DNA of 23,427 bases from Armatimonadota bacterium (GCA_038248345.1 JBBRXO010000036.1:1-23427); one strand, 5' to 3'. Positions 1 through 9,017 are shown, counted from the stretch's first letter. Translations and numbers: made by a program. Notes: generated from the sequence alone by a model not told the origin.

Positions 1-57
1 CATGTGCCCTCGATACGGGGTATCGGAGACATGACCGATTGTAGGTATGGTTACGAC

Positions 58-82
58 GTGGGCACAAGCCTTGTGCCCCAAC
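58..82. repeat. REP-like palindrome GGGCACAA-GCC-TTGTGCCC
   Basis: Perfect 8-bp stem (60-67/71-78) in GTGGGCACAAGCCTTGTGCCCCAAC. The window start (CATGTGCCCT) resembles the right arm of a similar unit, and there is a further hairpin CGATAC-GGG-GTATCG at 11-25. Confidence 0.5.
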
Positions 83-181
83 TAATAACTTTCGATGAAT
101 CGGGAACTTTTCTATGCTTTCTGGTGTATAACAGGAAAGAGCTTGGAATTAGTGGATAATTTTTTAGTTTGGAGGTATACC

Positions 182-472
182 TTGTTTGGTTTTAATTGTC
201 ATCGCCTATTATGGGCGGTAATGAGTATTATGTTGATAATATCATCTGGATATTGCCAAGGATCAGCGAATCAACAACTGTTGCCGCCAAAGGATGAAGA
301 CCGATTCCTCACGAAGCTAGTTCCGCCACAAGAGTTGTTGCGCGTTTTCGCGGATGAACAGGAGAAACTTGGTTATTACTCCAAGCAGATAGGATTCTTC
401 AAAAATCAGCCTACAATGTATATGCCAATCAAAACATTACGCTATTCTTATTCGGGGAGTTTCCTGTACTAA
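182..472 (+). CDS. N-terminal fragment of a putative secreted HEAT-repeat protein (likely TTG start at 182)
   Basis: GGAGGT at 171-176 precedes an in-frame TTG at 182. The product begins like a signal peptide (MFGFNCHRLLWAVMSIMLIISSGYCQG). It is in frame with 491..1675 and separated from it by a single TAA. Confidence 0.5.
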   Translation: MFGFNCHRLLWAVMSIMLIISSGYCQGSANQQLLPPKDEDRFLTKLVPPQELLRVFADEQEKLGYYSKQIGFFKNQPTMYMPIKTLRYSYSGSFLY

Positions 473-490
473 TCCTATTATATAAATGTT

Positions 491-1675
491 GTGGAAGGAG
501 ATATTCAGTATCTAACCGATGAACAGATAGAAAAAATACTGAACAGATCGGCACCATATAGGCGTGATAGTGATAGAGAAGCTTATGAGTTCCACAGAAA
601 AAAGCGACAATATGAAGCTGCAGCAGAGCGGAATACCTTGTACGGTGGGGCATACAAATCGTTAGGAGGCCCTCCCTATCTATGGAAAATTCTCGACCGA
701 GAAAAGAAAATTGATCCAGAACAACGGATATTTCTTCCGTATTACAGTACTTGGCCGGAAGAATCCACAATATGGAAATGGCAATGGGAAATACCTGAGC
801 TACTGCGTTTGAAGTTGGTCGCATTTATGTTGCACGTTAATCACCTAGATCATAATAGTGTGCGTGCCGAGCTCTTTCGCAGGTATAAAGAATTCACCCC
901 CGTAACCTATGAGGAGTGGGTAGTGAAAGAGCAGATGCGTGCTATGTTGCGCCAGCAAATTACTGACAAGGACGCTCCTGCGCTGAAGTGGATACCAGAT
1001 AAAACATTAAATTTGACGGAGGAGTATCTAACCTGGCAGGAGAAAAAAGATGACGCGATATTAGCTACCGTATCTATCTTATATGATGATAGTGCAGTCA
1101 ACGCTATCATCACAGAACTAAGTGATGCTACTCCAGCGATTCGGGTAAGCGCAGCAAAAAAAATGGCTAAAATGAGAATGGAGAGTGATCATTACGATCC
1201 AACTCCGATAGACCCAGCCAAAAAGAACCTGGCTGAAGTGAGACTGGGTAAGGTGATTGATGCGCTTATCAATTCTCTCGCAACGGACAAAGAGGCGGTT
1301 GTAAAGAAAGAGGCGATGCAGTCGCTGATAGTACAGGGAAATGTCAAGGCAATTCCGGCGTTGATAGCGGCATTAAAGGATGCCAATGTAGGAGTGCGGG
1401 CGGCGGCGGCCACGTCGTTGGGCACAAAATCTTTTGTCGACAAAACGGCATTCCAACCGCTATTAGACACATTGGTGGACGAGGCGGGCGTGGTGTCGGC
1501 AAATGTGGCGCTATCGCTGGAGGCATACAAAGACAAAGACGCTATCAAGCCGTTGCAGAAAGCCCTGGGCAACGACTACAACTTGACGCGCTGCAACGCC
1601 ATAAAGTCCCTTTATGCCATCGGCGGCGACAAAGTGATGGATATCATCGGCAATATTCTGAATAACTTGAGGTGA
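491..1675 (+). CDS. HEAT/PBS-lyase repeat protein (probably the distal part of an interrupted gene 182..1675)
   Basis: About five HEAT-like repeats in the C-terminal half, e.g. AIPALIAALKDANVGVRAAAATSLG and AIKPLQKALGNDYNLTRCNAIKSLYAIG. No SD before GTG 491. Confidence 0.75.
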   Translation: MEGDIQYLTDEQIEKILNRSAPYRRDSDREAYEFHRKKRQYEAAAERNTLYGGAYKSLGGPPYLWKILDREKKIDPEQRIFLPYYSTWPEESTIWKWQWEIPELLRLKLVAFMLHVNHLDHNSVRAELFRRYKEFTPVTYEEWVVKEQMRAMLRQQITDKDAPALKWIPDKTLNLTEEYLTWQEKKDDAILATVSILYDDSAVNAIITELSDATPAIRVSAAKKMAKMRMESDHYDPTPIDPAKKNLAEVRLGKVIDALINSLATDKEAVVKKEAMQSLIVQGNVKAIPALIAALKDANVGVRAAAATSLGTKSFVDKTAFQPLLDTLVDEAGVVSANVALSLEAYKDKDAIKPLQKALGNDYNLTRCNAIKSLYAIGGDKVMDIIGNILNNLR

Positions 1676-1681
1676 TGTTAC

Positions 1682-2767
1682 GTGCGAATTCTCATAATAA
1701 ATCTGAAATACCTGGGTGACCTGCTTTTCACCACCCCCGCTATTCGGGTACTGCATAACGCTTATCCGGGGGCAGTTATTGATATGATGGTGAATGATAG
1801 CTCTTACCAGATAGTACAACATCACCCGCTATTGAATGAGGTATACCCGATAGCTGCCCCCAAAAGGATGGAACCGCTAGCCGTATTCTGGAGAAATATC
1901 AGGTTGATCCGGAGCCGTAAATACGACTTGGCTATATGTTTTAACCATAGTAACGAGCGCACAACTATCCTTACCGCTTTAAGCGGCGCCAAAAAACGTG
2001 GCGGCTTCGTAAAACCGGCATTGCGATTTCTATACCCTGATACCGCAGTAACATCGCTACCGGGAGTCCACGCGGCTGACCAATGCCTGCAGATATTGCA
2101 TAAAATGGGTGTCCCCGAGGCACCGCATAACAACCTGGAGATTTGGACAAGCCCAGCAGCGCAAGCAACAGCTGATCAGCTCTGGCGCGATGCGGGATTG
2201 GAGGGTAAAACGCGAGTAATTGGACTAAACACTGGAGCGAGCTTCCCTACCAAGCAATGGACTATCGCCGGATTCGCCCAACTAAACGACAAATTAACTG
2301 CCGATGGATATACGCCTGTCTTCTTCGGCGGCTTGATGGACGTGGAGTTCGTTGATGCTGTCTGCGCTTTAACGATGCACCACCCTATCACATTTACCGG
2401 CAAAGTGGATATATTGGTTTTAACGGCCTTGATTAAAAAATGCTCTTCGTTCATCACCTCCGACACCGGCCCGATGCACATTGCTGCCGCGCATAAGATA
2501 CCAATAGTTGCTCTTTTCGGCCCCACTCCGTGGGATATGTTCGGCCCATATGGCACCCTGCATGTAATTATCTCTGCCGATATCCCCTGCATGGGCTGCA
2601 TGAAACATTTCTGCGCTGACCTGAAATGTATGGAATCGATAACCACCGAAATGATCTACCATGGGTTGATGAAGTTGGAGCGCGAAGGAGGCAACTCAAG
2701 TATTGATATTGCCCCACCCTCTCGACAATCTCCCCCTACTTCTGGCATAGTTAAGGCCTATGAGTAG
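1682..2767 (+). CDS. Glycosyltransferase family 9 (ADP-heptose:LPS heptosyltransferase-like)
   Basis: RILIINLKYLGDLLFTTPAI, GASFPTKQW, DTGPMHIAAA and VALFGPT motifs; SD GAGGTG upstream. Confidence 0.9.
   Translation: MRILIINLKYLGDLLFTTPAIRVLHNAYPGAVIDMMVNDSSYQIVQHHPLLNEVYPIAAPKRMEPLAVFWRNIRLIRSRKYDLAICFNHSNERTTILTALSGAKKRGGFVKPALRFLYPDTAVTSLPGVHAADQCLQILHKMGVPEAPHNNLEIWTSPAAQATADQLWRDAGLEGKTRVIGLNTGASFPTKQWTIAGFAQLNDKLTADGYTPVFFGGLMDVEFVDAVCALTMHHPITFTGKVDILVLTALIKKCSSFITSDTGPMHIAAAHKIPIVALFGPTPWDMFGPYGTLHVIISADIPCMGCMKHFCADLKCMESITTEMIYHGLMKLEREGGNSSIDIAPPSRQSPPTSGIVKAYE
2722..2751 (+). promoter_or_regulatory. Putative sigma70 promoter for the rlmI-like gene, inside the GT9 3' end
   Basis: TCGACA (2722-2727), 18 nt, TGn-CATAGT (2746-2751); ATG 2760 follows 8 nt later. 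Confidence 0.35.
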
Positions 2768-3938
2768 TATGATTGAAAAGAAAGTGGCAATTAACGCCCG
2801 GGCAGTGGAACGTCTCAAGGGTGGGCATCTGTGGGTTTATTCCTCGGATGTGGTACGGCGTGGGGATATCAGCGGGGGCGACATCGTTTCGCTCTATGAT
2901 GAACGCGGTGTGGATTACGGCTACGCATTCTACAGCGATTCCTCGCAGATCACGCTGCGGCGTTTTGCCCCGGCGGGCGAGTATCCCGACTATGACTTCT
3001 GGCGCACGCGCTTAATCAACGCCGAGAAGTACCGCCAACTGGTGGTGAGTGATTCCAACGCCTACCGGCTGATCTTCAGTGAAGGCGATGTCATTCCCTC
3101 GCTCATTATCGACCGTTACGATGATCATTTTGTGCTGCAAACGCTGGCGCAAGGAAGCGAGCGGTTGAAAGATACGTGGGTGCAATTGCTGCGCGATCTT
3201 TATTCGCCCGCCTCCATCATCGAGCGCAACGATGCCAGCGTGCGCAAGCATGAGAATTTGCCGCTGGATAAAGGTGCGTTGTACGGCGAAGCCCCTGACG
3301 AAGTGACCGTGCGCATGAACGGGGTAGAGTTCGGCTACGACCTGCTGGGCGGGCAGAAAACCGGCGCTTTCCTCGATCAGCGGGAGAATTACGCCGCCGC
3401 CGCTCGTTATGCACATGGGCGCGTGCTCGATACCTTCAGCTTTGCCGGGGGTTTCGCGCTGCACATGGCGCCCCACGCCGACGAGGTACTGGCAGTAGAC
3501 ATCAGCGCCGATGCGCTCTCCACCGCCCGTGCCAATATCCGCCGTAACGGGGCCACCAATGTAGAAACGTTGGAGGCCAACGCCTTTGACTTGCTCCATG
3601 ACTACAGCAAAGGCGGCGAAAAGTTCGACACCATTGTCCTTGATCCGCCTGCCTTCGCCAAAAACAAGGCCAGCATGGCAGGCGCACACCGCGGCTACAA
3701 GGATATTAACCTGCGGGCACTGCGCATGCTCAACCCCGGCGGTATCCTGATCACCTGCAGTTGCAGCTATCACATGAGCGAACCGCTCTTTCTGGAAATG
3801 CTGGCCGAGGCCAGAACCGATGCCGGCCGCCCCACACGCATTATAGAACAACGCCTGCAAGCCCGTGATCACCCAATCCTGCTGGGCGTGCCGGAGACGA
3901 AGTATCTTAAGTGCGTGATCATGCAGGTATTGGGGTAG
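2760..3938 (+). CDS. rlmI: RlmI-like 23S rRNA m5C methyltransferase (PUA + class I SAM MTase)
   Basis: GHLWVY PUA start, GQKTGAFLDQREN, VLDTFSFAGGF, DPPAF, TCSCS and YLK motifs. Confidence 0.85.
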   Translation: MSSMIEKKVAINARAVERLKGGHLWVYSSDVVRRGDISGGDIVSLYDERGVDYGYAFYSDSSQITLRRFAPAGEYPDYDFWRTRLINAEKYRQLVVSDSNAYRLIFSEGDVIPSLIIDRYDDHFVLQTLAQGSERLKDTWVQLLRDLYSPASIIERNDASVRKHENLPLDKGALYGEAPDEVTVRMNGVEFGYDLLGGQKTGAFLDQRENYAAAARYAHGRVLDTFSFAGGFALHMAPHADEVLAVDISADALSTARANIRRNGATNVETLEANAFDLLHDYSKGGEKFDTIVLDPPAFAKNKASMAGAHRGYKDINLRALRMLNPGGILITCSCSYHMSEPLFLEMLAEARTDAGRPTRIIEQRLQARDHPILLGVPETKYLKCVIMQVLG

Positions 3939-3996
3939 ACCGTCTATTTATCCATTGTCGAAGGAAATGTGCTGGTGTGCAAAAAGCTAGTTAGAG

Positions 3997-4025
3997 TTGC
4001 GTATACGGCGAAGTCGTGGTAGTAT
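3997..4025 (+). promoter_or_regulatory. sigma70-type promoter upstream of the amidase
   Basis: TTGCGT (3997-4002), 17 nt, TGn-TAGTAT (4020-4025). Confidence 0.55.
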
Positions 4026-4077
4026 ATTTTTTACGGGTTAAAATGCGCATGTTTTATTCGGTGTGGAGGCAGAATCT

Positions 4078-5409
4078 TTGCGTTGGTGCATCGCTAGCCT
4101 GCTTATCATCATCAGTTTATTAACAGTCCACGCGGATGTGCTGGTGATAGGTTTGCAAAAACAGGATCTTCCCGTTCCATTCATTATGGATAACGGAGAG
4201 GTTATCGCGCCAGCGGCGGCCGCCTTGCCGACGTTAGGGGCGCAACTCACTGTAACAAAGAATGATTTTACCCTCACCACCGGCCTCGGCAATGTCATTA
4301 TTATGCAGGCGGAATCTCGCACTGTGACGGTAGACGGCAACAAGCTCACGCTCCCGGCGGCACCCAAGCTTATCGATGATAAAGCCTGGCTGCCATTAAC
4401 CTCGCTTACGCCCTGGTTAGGAGTGAACTCGCATTATAATGCCGATTCCAACACCCTCACCCTCACCCCCTGGCTTCAGGTGGCAGTGGAGGTTCGCGAG
4501 GGCGGCGTGGCAATCTTTGCCCGCAGTGTCGTACCGCTGAGTTATCGTATTGAAGCTATCGACGACCCGATGGGTGCCAAGCGTGTTATCTACGATTTCA
4601 TCGGAACTGACCAGCATGGCAACAGACTGGTAGATATAAATAAATACCAGGTCCAGGCAGTGCGCCAATCGCAGCACAATGAGCGGATCCCGCCATGTAC
4701 ACGCATGGTGCTAGATATTATGGACAAAAAGGTTCCCGTTATCCCCGACGTCAGTGATAACGGCCGCCTGTTAACTATCTCCGCCGGCGCGCCTGTCAGC
4801 ATCACTCCCCCGACAGGCTTCATGCCGGCAGGTTCCAGTAACGCTCCAGCGGCTAACCTAATCGTCCTTGATGCCGGACATGGCGGGCGAGACAGTGGGG
4901 CGGTAGGCCCAAACGGTGTACGAGAGAAGGATGTCGCATTGGACATCGTCAAGCGTACCGATACCTTACTGCGCGCCGCCGGATATAAAACCATGCTGAC
5001 GCGTAGCGATGACACCTACGTTTCACTACCGAAAAGTACCGAACCAGTGAAAGACAGCCGCGTCGCCAAGGCTAATGATGCCAAGGCTACGTTGTTCATT
5101 TCGGTACATTGCAACGCTTACTCTGTGCAATCAGCAAAAGGCACCGAAGTTTATTACTATACTGCTCAGAGTAGCAAGCTGGCCCGGGCGATTCATGATG
5201 CGGTGCAGGAGAAACTTGGGCGCGTTGATCGTGGTATTAACCCCGAGCACGACTTTGTTGTAATAACCAAAACAAACATGCCATCAGTATTGCTGGAAAC
5301 TGCATTCATCAGCAACCCGACAGAAGAAGAGCTGCTCAATAGTGAGGAATTCCGCCAGCGTGCTGCCGAGGGTTTATTCCTCGGTATCAAGCGCTATCTA
5401 GGCAAATAA
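4078..5409 (+). CDS. N-acetylmuramoyl-L-alanine amidase (Amidase_3) with signal peptide and N-terminal copper-amine-oxidase-N/AMIN-like domains
   Basis: IVLDAGHGGRDSGA, EKDVAL, FISVHCNA, GTEVYY and PSVLLETAFISN motifs. GGAGG at 4065-4069 favours TTG 4078 over GTG 4063. Confidence 0.9.
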   Translation: MRWCIASLLIIISLLTVHADVLVIGLQKQDLPVPFIMDNGEVIAPAAAALPTLGAQLTVTKNDFTLTTGLGNVIIMQAESRTVTVDGNKLTLPAAPKLIDDKAWLPLTSLTPWLGVNSHYNADSNTLTLTPWLQVAVEVREGGVAIFARSVVPLSYRIEAIDDPMGAKRVIYDFIGTDQHGNRLVDINKYQVQAVRQSQHNERIPPCTRMVLDIMDKKVPVIPDVSDNGRLLTISAGAPVSITPPTGFMPAGSSNAPAANLIVLDAGHGGRDSGAVGPNGVREKDVALDIVKRTDTLLRAAGYKTMLTRSDDTYVSLPKSTEPVKDSRVAKANDAKATLFISVHCNAYSVQSAKGTEVYYYTAQSSKLARAIHDAVQEKLGRVDRGINPEHDFVVITKTNMPSVLLETAFISNPTEEELLNSEEFRQRAAEGLFLGIKRYLGK

Positions 5410-5412
5410 CGT

Positions 5413-6450
5413 ATGGATGCATTTTCCCAATTACAGTCAATCGGGGTGGCCAGCGCCTGTACGCCGCTCTTTCCCACCGGACGCAGCCGCCTGATTCATG
5501 GTGATTGCCTGCAGGTCATGCGCGCCTTGCCAGCGGAATCCTTCGACGTGCTCTACCTTGACCCCCCTTTCTTCAGCGGTGAAGATTATGCGCTGCACAA
5601 CAGTTCTACCGAACAAGTACACGGCTTCGCCGATACCTGGGCGGGCGGGTTGGCGGAGTACCTGGATTGGCTGGAGGAGCGACTGCAAGAGATGCACCGC
5701 TTGCTGAAGCCGACCGGAGCGATATTTGTCCACCTGGATTGGCACGCCACGCATTACGTGAAGGTAATAATGGATCGGCTCTTCGGCTACGACAACTTCC
5801 AGAATGAGTTCATTTGGTACTACTCCGGCGGCGGCGCCAGCAAAAAACGTTTCGCGCGCAAGCATGACAATATTCTTTACTATACGAAGAGCAAAAAAGA
5901 GTGGAAATTTTACGCTGACCGCGTACGGGTAGAGTATAAATGGACGGGTGGCCAAAAGCGCGCCGATGGCAGCGAACGTGACCTGGAGAAAGGCAAGCTC
6001 CCCGATGATGTGTGGGAACAACATGGCCTGCTACCGTGGGCGGTAGAGAGCCTGGGCTACCCCACGCAAAAACCAGAGGCGCTGCTGGAACGCCTCCTGC
6101 TGGCCACTAGTGACGTGGATGATGTGGTAGGGGACTTCTTCTGTGGGAGCGGCACCACCGCCGCTGTGGCGCAACGCCTGGGGCGCCGCTGGGTCACCGC
6201 CGATGAATCACGCATCGCTGTCAACCTCGCCGCCGAACGACTGGCAGAGGTTGTCCTCCCCGGCAGCATCCCGCGTCCGGCGCTTGTCCGCTCGCGAGCA
6301 TTGGCTAAATCTCGTTTCGAGGAGATGATTGCTGACAATGAGCGCCTCGGCCTCAGCCCGAAGATGCTGGCGGCGCAGACGTCAATGCTTGAGACTGTGG
6401 GTTTTGAGGTGGAGCAAATCTATTCCGCCGCCTTGCGCAACTCCTCATAG
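5413..6450 (+). CDS. Orphan beta-class N6-adenine/N4-cytosine DNA methyltransferase
   Basis: Motif IV YLDPPF lies N-terminal to YPTQKPEALLERL and motif I DFFCGSGTT (beta order). Confidence 0.9.
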   Translation: MDAFSQLQSIGVASACTPLFPTGRSRLIHGDCLQVMRALPAESFDVLYLDPPFFSGEDYALHNSSTEQVHGFADTWAGGLAEYLDWLEERLQEMHRLLKPTGAIFVHLDWHATHYVKVIMDRLFGYDNFQNEFIWYYSGGGASKKRFARKHDNILYYTKSKKEWKFYADRVRVEYKWTGGQKRADGSERDLEKGKLPDDVWEQHGLLPWAVESLGYPTQKPEALLERLLLATSDVDDVVGDFFCGSGTTAAVAQRLGRRWVTADESRIAVNLAAERLAEVVLPGSIPRPALVRSRALAKSRFEEMIADNERLGLSPKMLAAQTSMLETVGFEVEQIYSAALRNSS

Positions 6451-7304
6451 ACTGCTGTCTTTTTCAGTTTCTTGTTTGTTGCGGCGTAGTCGGCAGCGGT
6501 TTTACCCTCTTTGGATTTCAGCTTCGCATCGGCGCCCGCTTTCAGCAGGATGGTTATTATGGTGGGGTTGGTGTTATTGCTCGCGGCCAGCATCAACGGT
6601 GTCCAACCTTCATTTTCTGGCTCATTGATATTGGCGCCAGCGGCCAACAGAGCATTCAACACATCCTGGCTAGGATTATCCTGGGCGGCATAGCTTAGTG
6701 CGGTCTCGCCTTCGCCACATTTCTCATCTACCTTGGCTCCGGCTCGCAGCAGGGATTTGGTTATTTTCCCATTCTGATTATGCCGGGAGGCATACATCAG
6801 CGGAGTATCGCCGTTGCGGTCACGATCATCTATCTTCGCCCCACCCTGCAGCATAGCGGTCACCACGTCGGCGTTGCGGTTATTCTCGGCGGCTACCATC
6901 AACGGCGTCATGTCATCAGCATTCCGGTCATTCACATTTGCCCCCGCTTGCAGCAGCGCAGTGGTGATGCTGGCGTTGCTGTTGTAGCGCGCTGCGTACA
7001 TTAGCGGGGTGTTGCCGCCAATATCCCTAGCCGCTAGCTGGGCCCCGGCATCCACAAGCGCTTTGATGATGACTATGCCGTTATTCTCCTGTGCAGCGAT
7101 CATTAATGGAGTCGCCCCGGCTTTGTCCACACTGTTTATTTTCGCCCCGTGAGTCACCGCCGACTTGATATTCTTAGGCGTGCCGACACGAGCCAGCAGG
7201 AAGATATCTGGCTTATTCGTTAATTGATACCCTACTAGTCCGATAATCAGCACTAACAGGGCACCACCGGCAATGACCATTGCTTTATTGTTCATATTAT
7301 TCAT
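6420..7304 (-). CDS. Ankyrin-repeat protein with N-terminal membrane anchor/signal
   Basis: About seven 34-aa repeats (GATPLMIAA, GNTPLMYAA, DMTPLMVAA, GDTPLMYAS, GETALSYAA, GWTPLMLAA, GKTAADYAA) and a hydrophobic N-terminus. The start could be 7295. Confidence 0.9.
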   Translation of the reverse strand: MNNMNNKAMVIAGGALLVLIIGLVGYQLTNKPDIFLLARVGTPKNIKSAVTHGAKINSVDKAGATPLMIAAQENNGIVIIKALVDAGAQLAARDIGGNTPLMYAARYNSNASITTALLQAGANVNDRNADDMTPLMVAAENNRNADVVTAMLQGGAKIDDRDRNGDTPLMYASRHNQNGKITKSLLRAGAKVDEKCGEGETALSYAAQDNPSQDVLNALLAAGANINEPENEGWTPLMLAASNNTNPTIITILLKAGADAKLKSKEGKTAADYAATNKKLKKTAVYEELRKAAE

Positions 7305-8268
7305 CTTTACCCGCTAATTCGCAATATAACGCCCAGACGGTTCTAACATAATTCTGTGTCTCCGGATAGGGTGGAATGCCATTGTATTTGCGCACAGCGC
7401 CACAACCGGCATTGTACCCGGCCAGTGCCAGCTTTACATCGCCGTCGAAGGTATCCAGGCAATCGCGCAATTCGCGCACGCTGCCAGCGATGTTCTGCTC
7501 GACATCAAAGATATCAGTGATGCCCATACCTGCCGCCGTCCCTGGCATCAACTGCCCCAGCCCGCTAGCCCCTGCCGAGGAGACACAGGTGGGGTTAAAG
7601 TCCGATTCCGCGCGAATGAGTGCAAATACCAGGCGCGGATCTACACGTTGTGCCTCGCTCTGCTCCAATAGGTTGTAGGCCATGCCATAGGATTCATTAT
7701 AGTCCAGGCGGTGATTATAGTCACGAATTTTTTCCGCGTAGGCATTCACCACTTTGCCTCGCTGACAGAGGGGCCGCTTTTCGATATCGACGGGCGGCGG
7801 CGGCGCAATCGCCGTTTCAGTGTTAGTCGGCAACGTGGCCACATATGTTAATTTCGGCAGCGCTGGTTGCGTGGGGATGTCATAATCACCCACGGTAGTG
7901 AGCGCCATGCAAGCGAACAACTCACTGCCGTTCGCTGGTACCGTCGCCAGTGCCTGCAGGGTATAGCCCGGCTGCACCATCGAATCAAGCGAGGCACAGA
8001 GGAATGTCACCAACTGGTTGCCCGGCAGTGTTAGCATGAAGCCCGGCCCATTTTTGCCGTCAAAGGTACAGCTCACGGTTCCTTCCAGCTCCACAGTTTT
8101 CCCCGCCAGCTGCGCCAGTTGCCCCGCAACCGCCACACCATCCTGCAGTACCGATGGCTGCGCGGTCGCCCGCCGTCCCAGATATTCCGTCCGTGGCACC
8201 GCCAGCGTTGCCGCTGTTGCGAGGGTAATCAACAATGATGCATTTAACATGCGCGTATATACGTTCAT
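7297..8268 (-). CDS. Lytic transglycosylase (SLT domain) with signal peptide and uncharacterised N-terminal domain
   Basis: IRAESDFN (catalytic Glu), GASGLGQLMPGTA, ALAGYNAG and ETQNYV motifs. Start moved to ATG 8268 on the basis of the promoter position and signal peptide. Confidence 0.88.
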   Translation of the reverse strand: MNVYTRMLNASLLITLATAATLAVPRTEYLGRRATAQPSVLQDGVAVAGQLAQLAGKTVELEGTVSCTFDGKNGPGFMLTLPGNQLVTFLCASLDSMVQPGYTLQALATVPANGSELFACMALTTVGDYDIPTQPALPKLTYVATLPTNTETAIAPPPPVDIEKRPLCQRGKVVNAYAEKIRDYNHRLDYNESYGMAYNLLEQSEAQRVDPRLVFALIRAESDFNPTCVSSAGASGLGQLMPGTAAGMGITDIFDVEQNIAGSVRELRDCLDTFDGDVKLALAGYNAGCGAVRKYNGIPPYPETQNYVRTVWALYCELAGKDE

Positions 8269-8274
8269 GTGATA

Positions 8275-8303
8275 ACTGTAACATAGAAGTGGGGATGGGT
8301 AAA
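8275..8303 (-). promoter_or_regulatory. sigma70 promoter for a probably leaderless SLT transcript
   Basis: Minus strand TTTACC, 17 nt, TGn-TACAGT, then 6 nt to ATG, with no SD. Confidence 0.5.
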
Positions 8304-8338
8304 GTGGAACAGTCCCCCAAGCAGGAGCCTGATTTCGT

Positions 8339-8368
8339 TTGACAAAGTCATACACATTTTGGTAACAT
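8339..8368 (+). promoter_or_regulatory. rplU-rpmA promoter
   Basis: TTGACA (8339-8344), 18 nt, TGn-TAACAT (8363-8368); SD AAGGAG at 8405-8410. Confidence 0.7.
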
Positions 8369-8417
8369 ATCCTTTGTGTGATTTTATGCACGTAGAAGCG
8401 TGTTAAGGAGATAGTAA

Positions 8418-8729
8418 ATGTACGCCATTGTGGAAACCGGCGGTAAACAGTACCGCGTTAGTCCGGGAGAATCCTTCCGGGTAGAAAAATTACCTGCCGA
8501 GCGCGGTGAGAAGATTACGCTGGACCGCGTACTGATGGTGGCGGATGGCGAAGAATTAAGCTTCGGCGCTCCCGTTTTAGAAGGCGCCAAAGTAATCTGC
8601 ACTGTTACCGAACAGGATCGCGCCAAAAAGGTTATCGCCTTGCGTTATCACCCGAAGAAAAATGTCCGCGTTAAACGTGGCCATCGCCAGTATTTCAGCC
8701 GCCTGCGGGTGGAAAGCATCGAGCTTTAA
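8418..8729 (+). CDS. rplU: 50S ribosomal protein L21
   Basis: MYAIVETGGKQYRV...GHRQ, 103 aa. Confidence 0.98.
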   Translation: MYAIVETGGKQYRVSPGESFRVEKLPAERGEKITLDRVLMVADGEELSFGAPVLEGAKVICTVTEQDRAKKVIALRYHPKKNVRVKRGHRQYFSRLRVESIEL

Positions 8730-8756
8730 TTCTACAATTTGAAGGGAGCCAATTAG

Positions 8757-9017
8757 ATGGCACATAAAAAAGGGGTTGGCAGTTCCCGTAACGGCCGAGA
8801 TAGCAAACCAAAAATGCGTGGCGTAAAGAAATATGACGGCGAGCTGGTCACCAGCGGAACCATCATAGTACGTCAGTGCGGCACTAAAGTACGCCTCGGC
8901 AATAACGTTGGCCTCGGGCGCGACTTCACCATCTTCGCCTTAACCGAAGGTACCGTGAAGTTCGGCTGGGCACGCAAGAACCAGAAGAACGTTTCCATCA
9001 TCCCGTTGGAAGCCTAG
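8757..9017 (+). CDS. rpmA: 50S ribosomal protein L27 (no N-terminal extension)
   Basis: [21 protein letters not shown] and GRDFTIFAL motifs. Confidence 0.98.
   Translation: MAHKKGVGSSRNGRDSKPKMRGVKKYDGELVTSGTIIVRQCGTKVRLGNNVGLGRDFTIFALTEGTVKFGWARKNQKNVSIIPLEA

Noticed and set aside
95..181. ORF-track start at 95
   Set aside because: No SD there. The SD and signal peptide fit TTG 182.
470..472. Genome-wide reassignment of TAA, suggested by in-frame TAAs at 470 and 13336
   Set aside because: TAA ends rplU, the amidase, rodA, the oxidoreductase and the response regulator at their expected C-termini.
8269..8391. 41-aa N-terminal extension of the SLT ORF
   Set aside because: It spans two divergent promoters and would bury the signal peptide.
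8375..8405. L21 leader RNA
   Set aside because: Only a short GCACG/CGTGT stem, which is not enough to assign.
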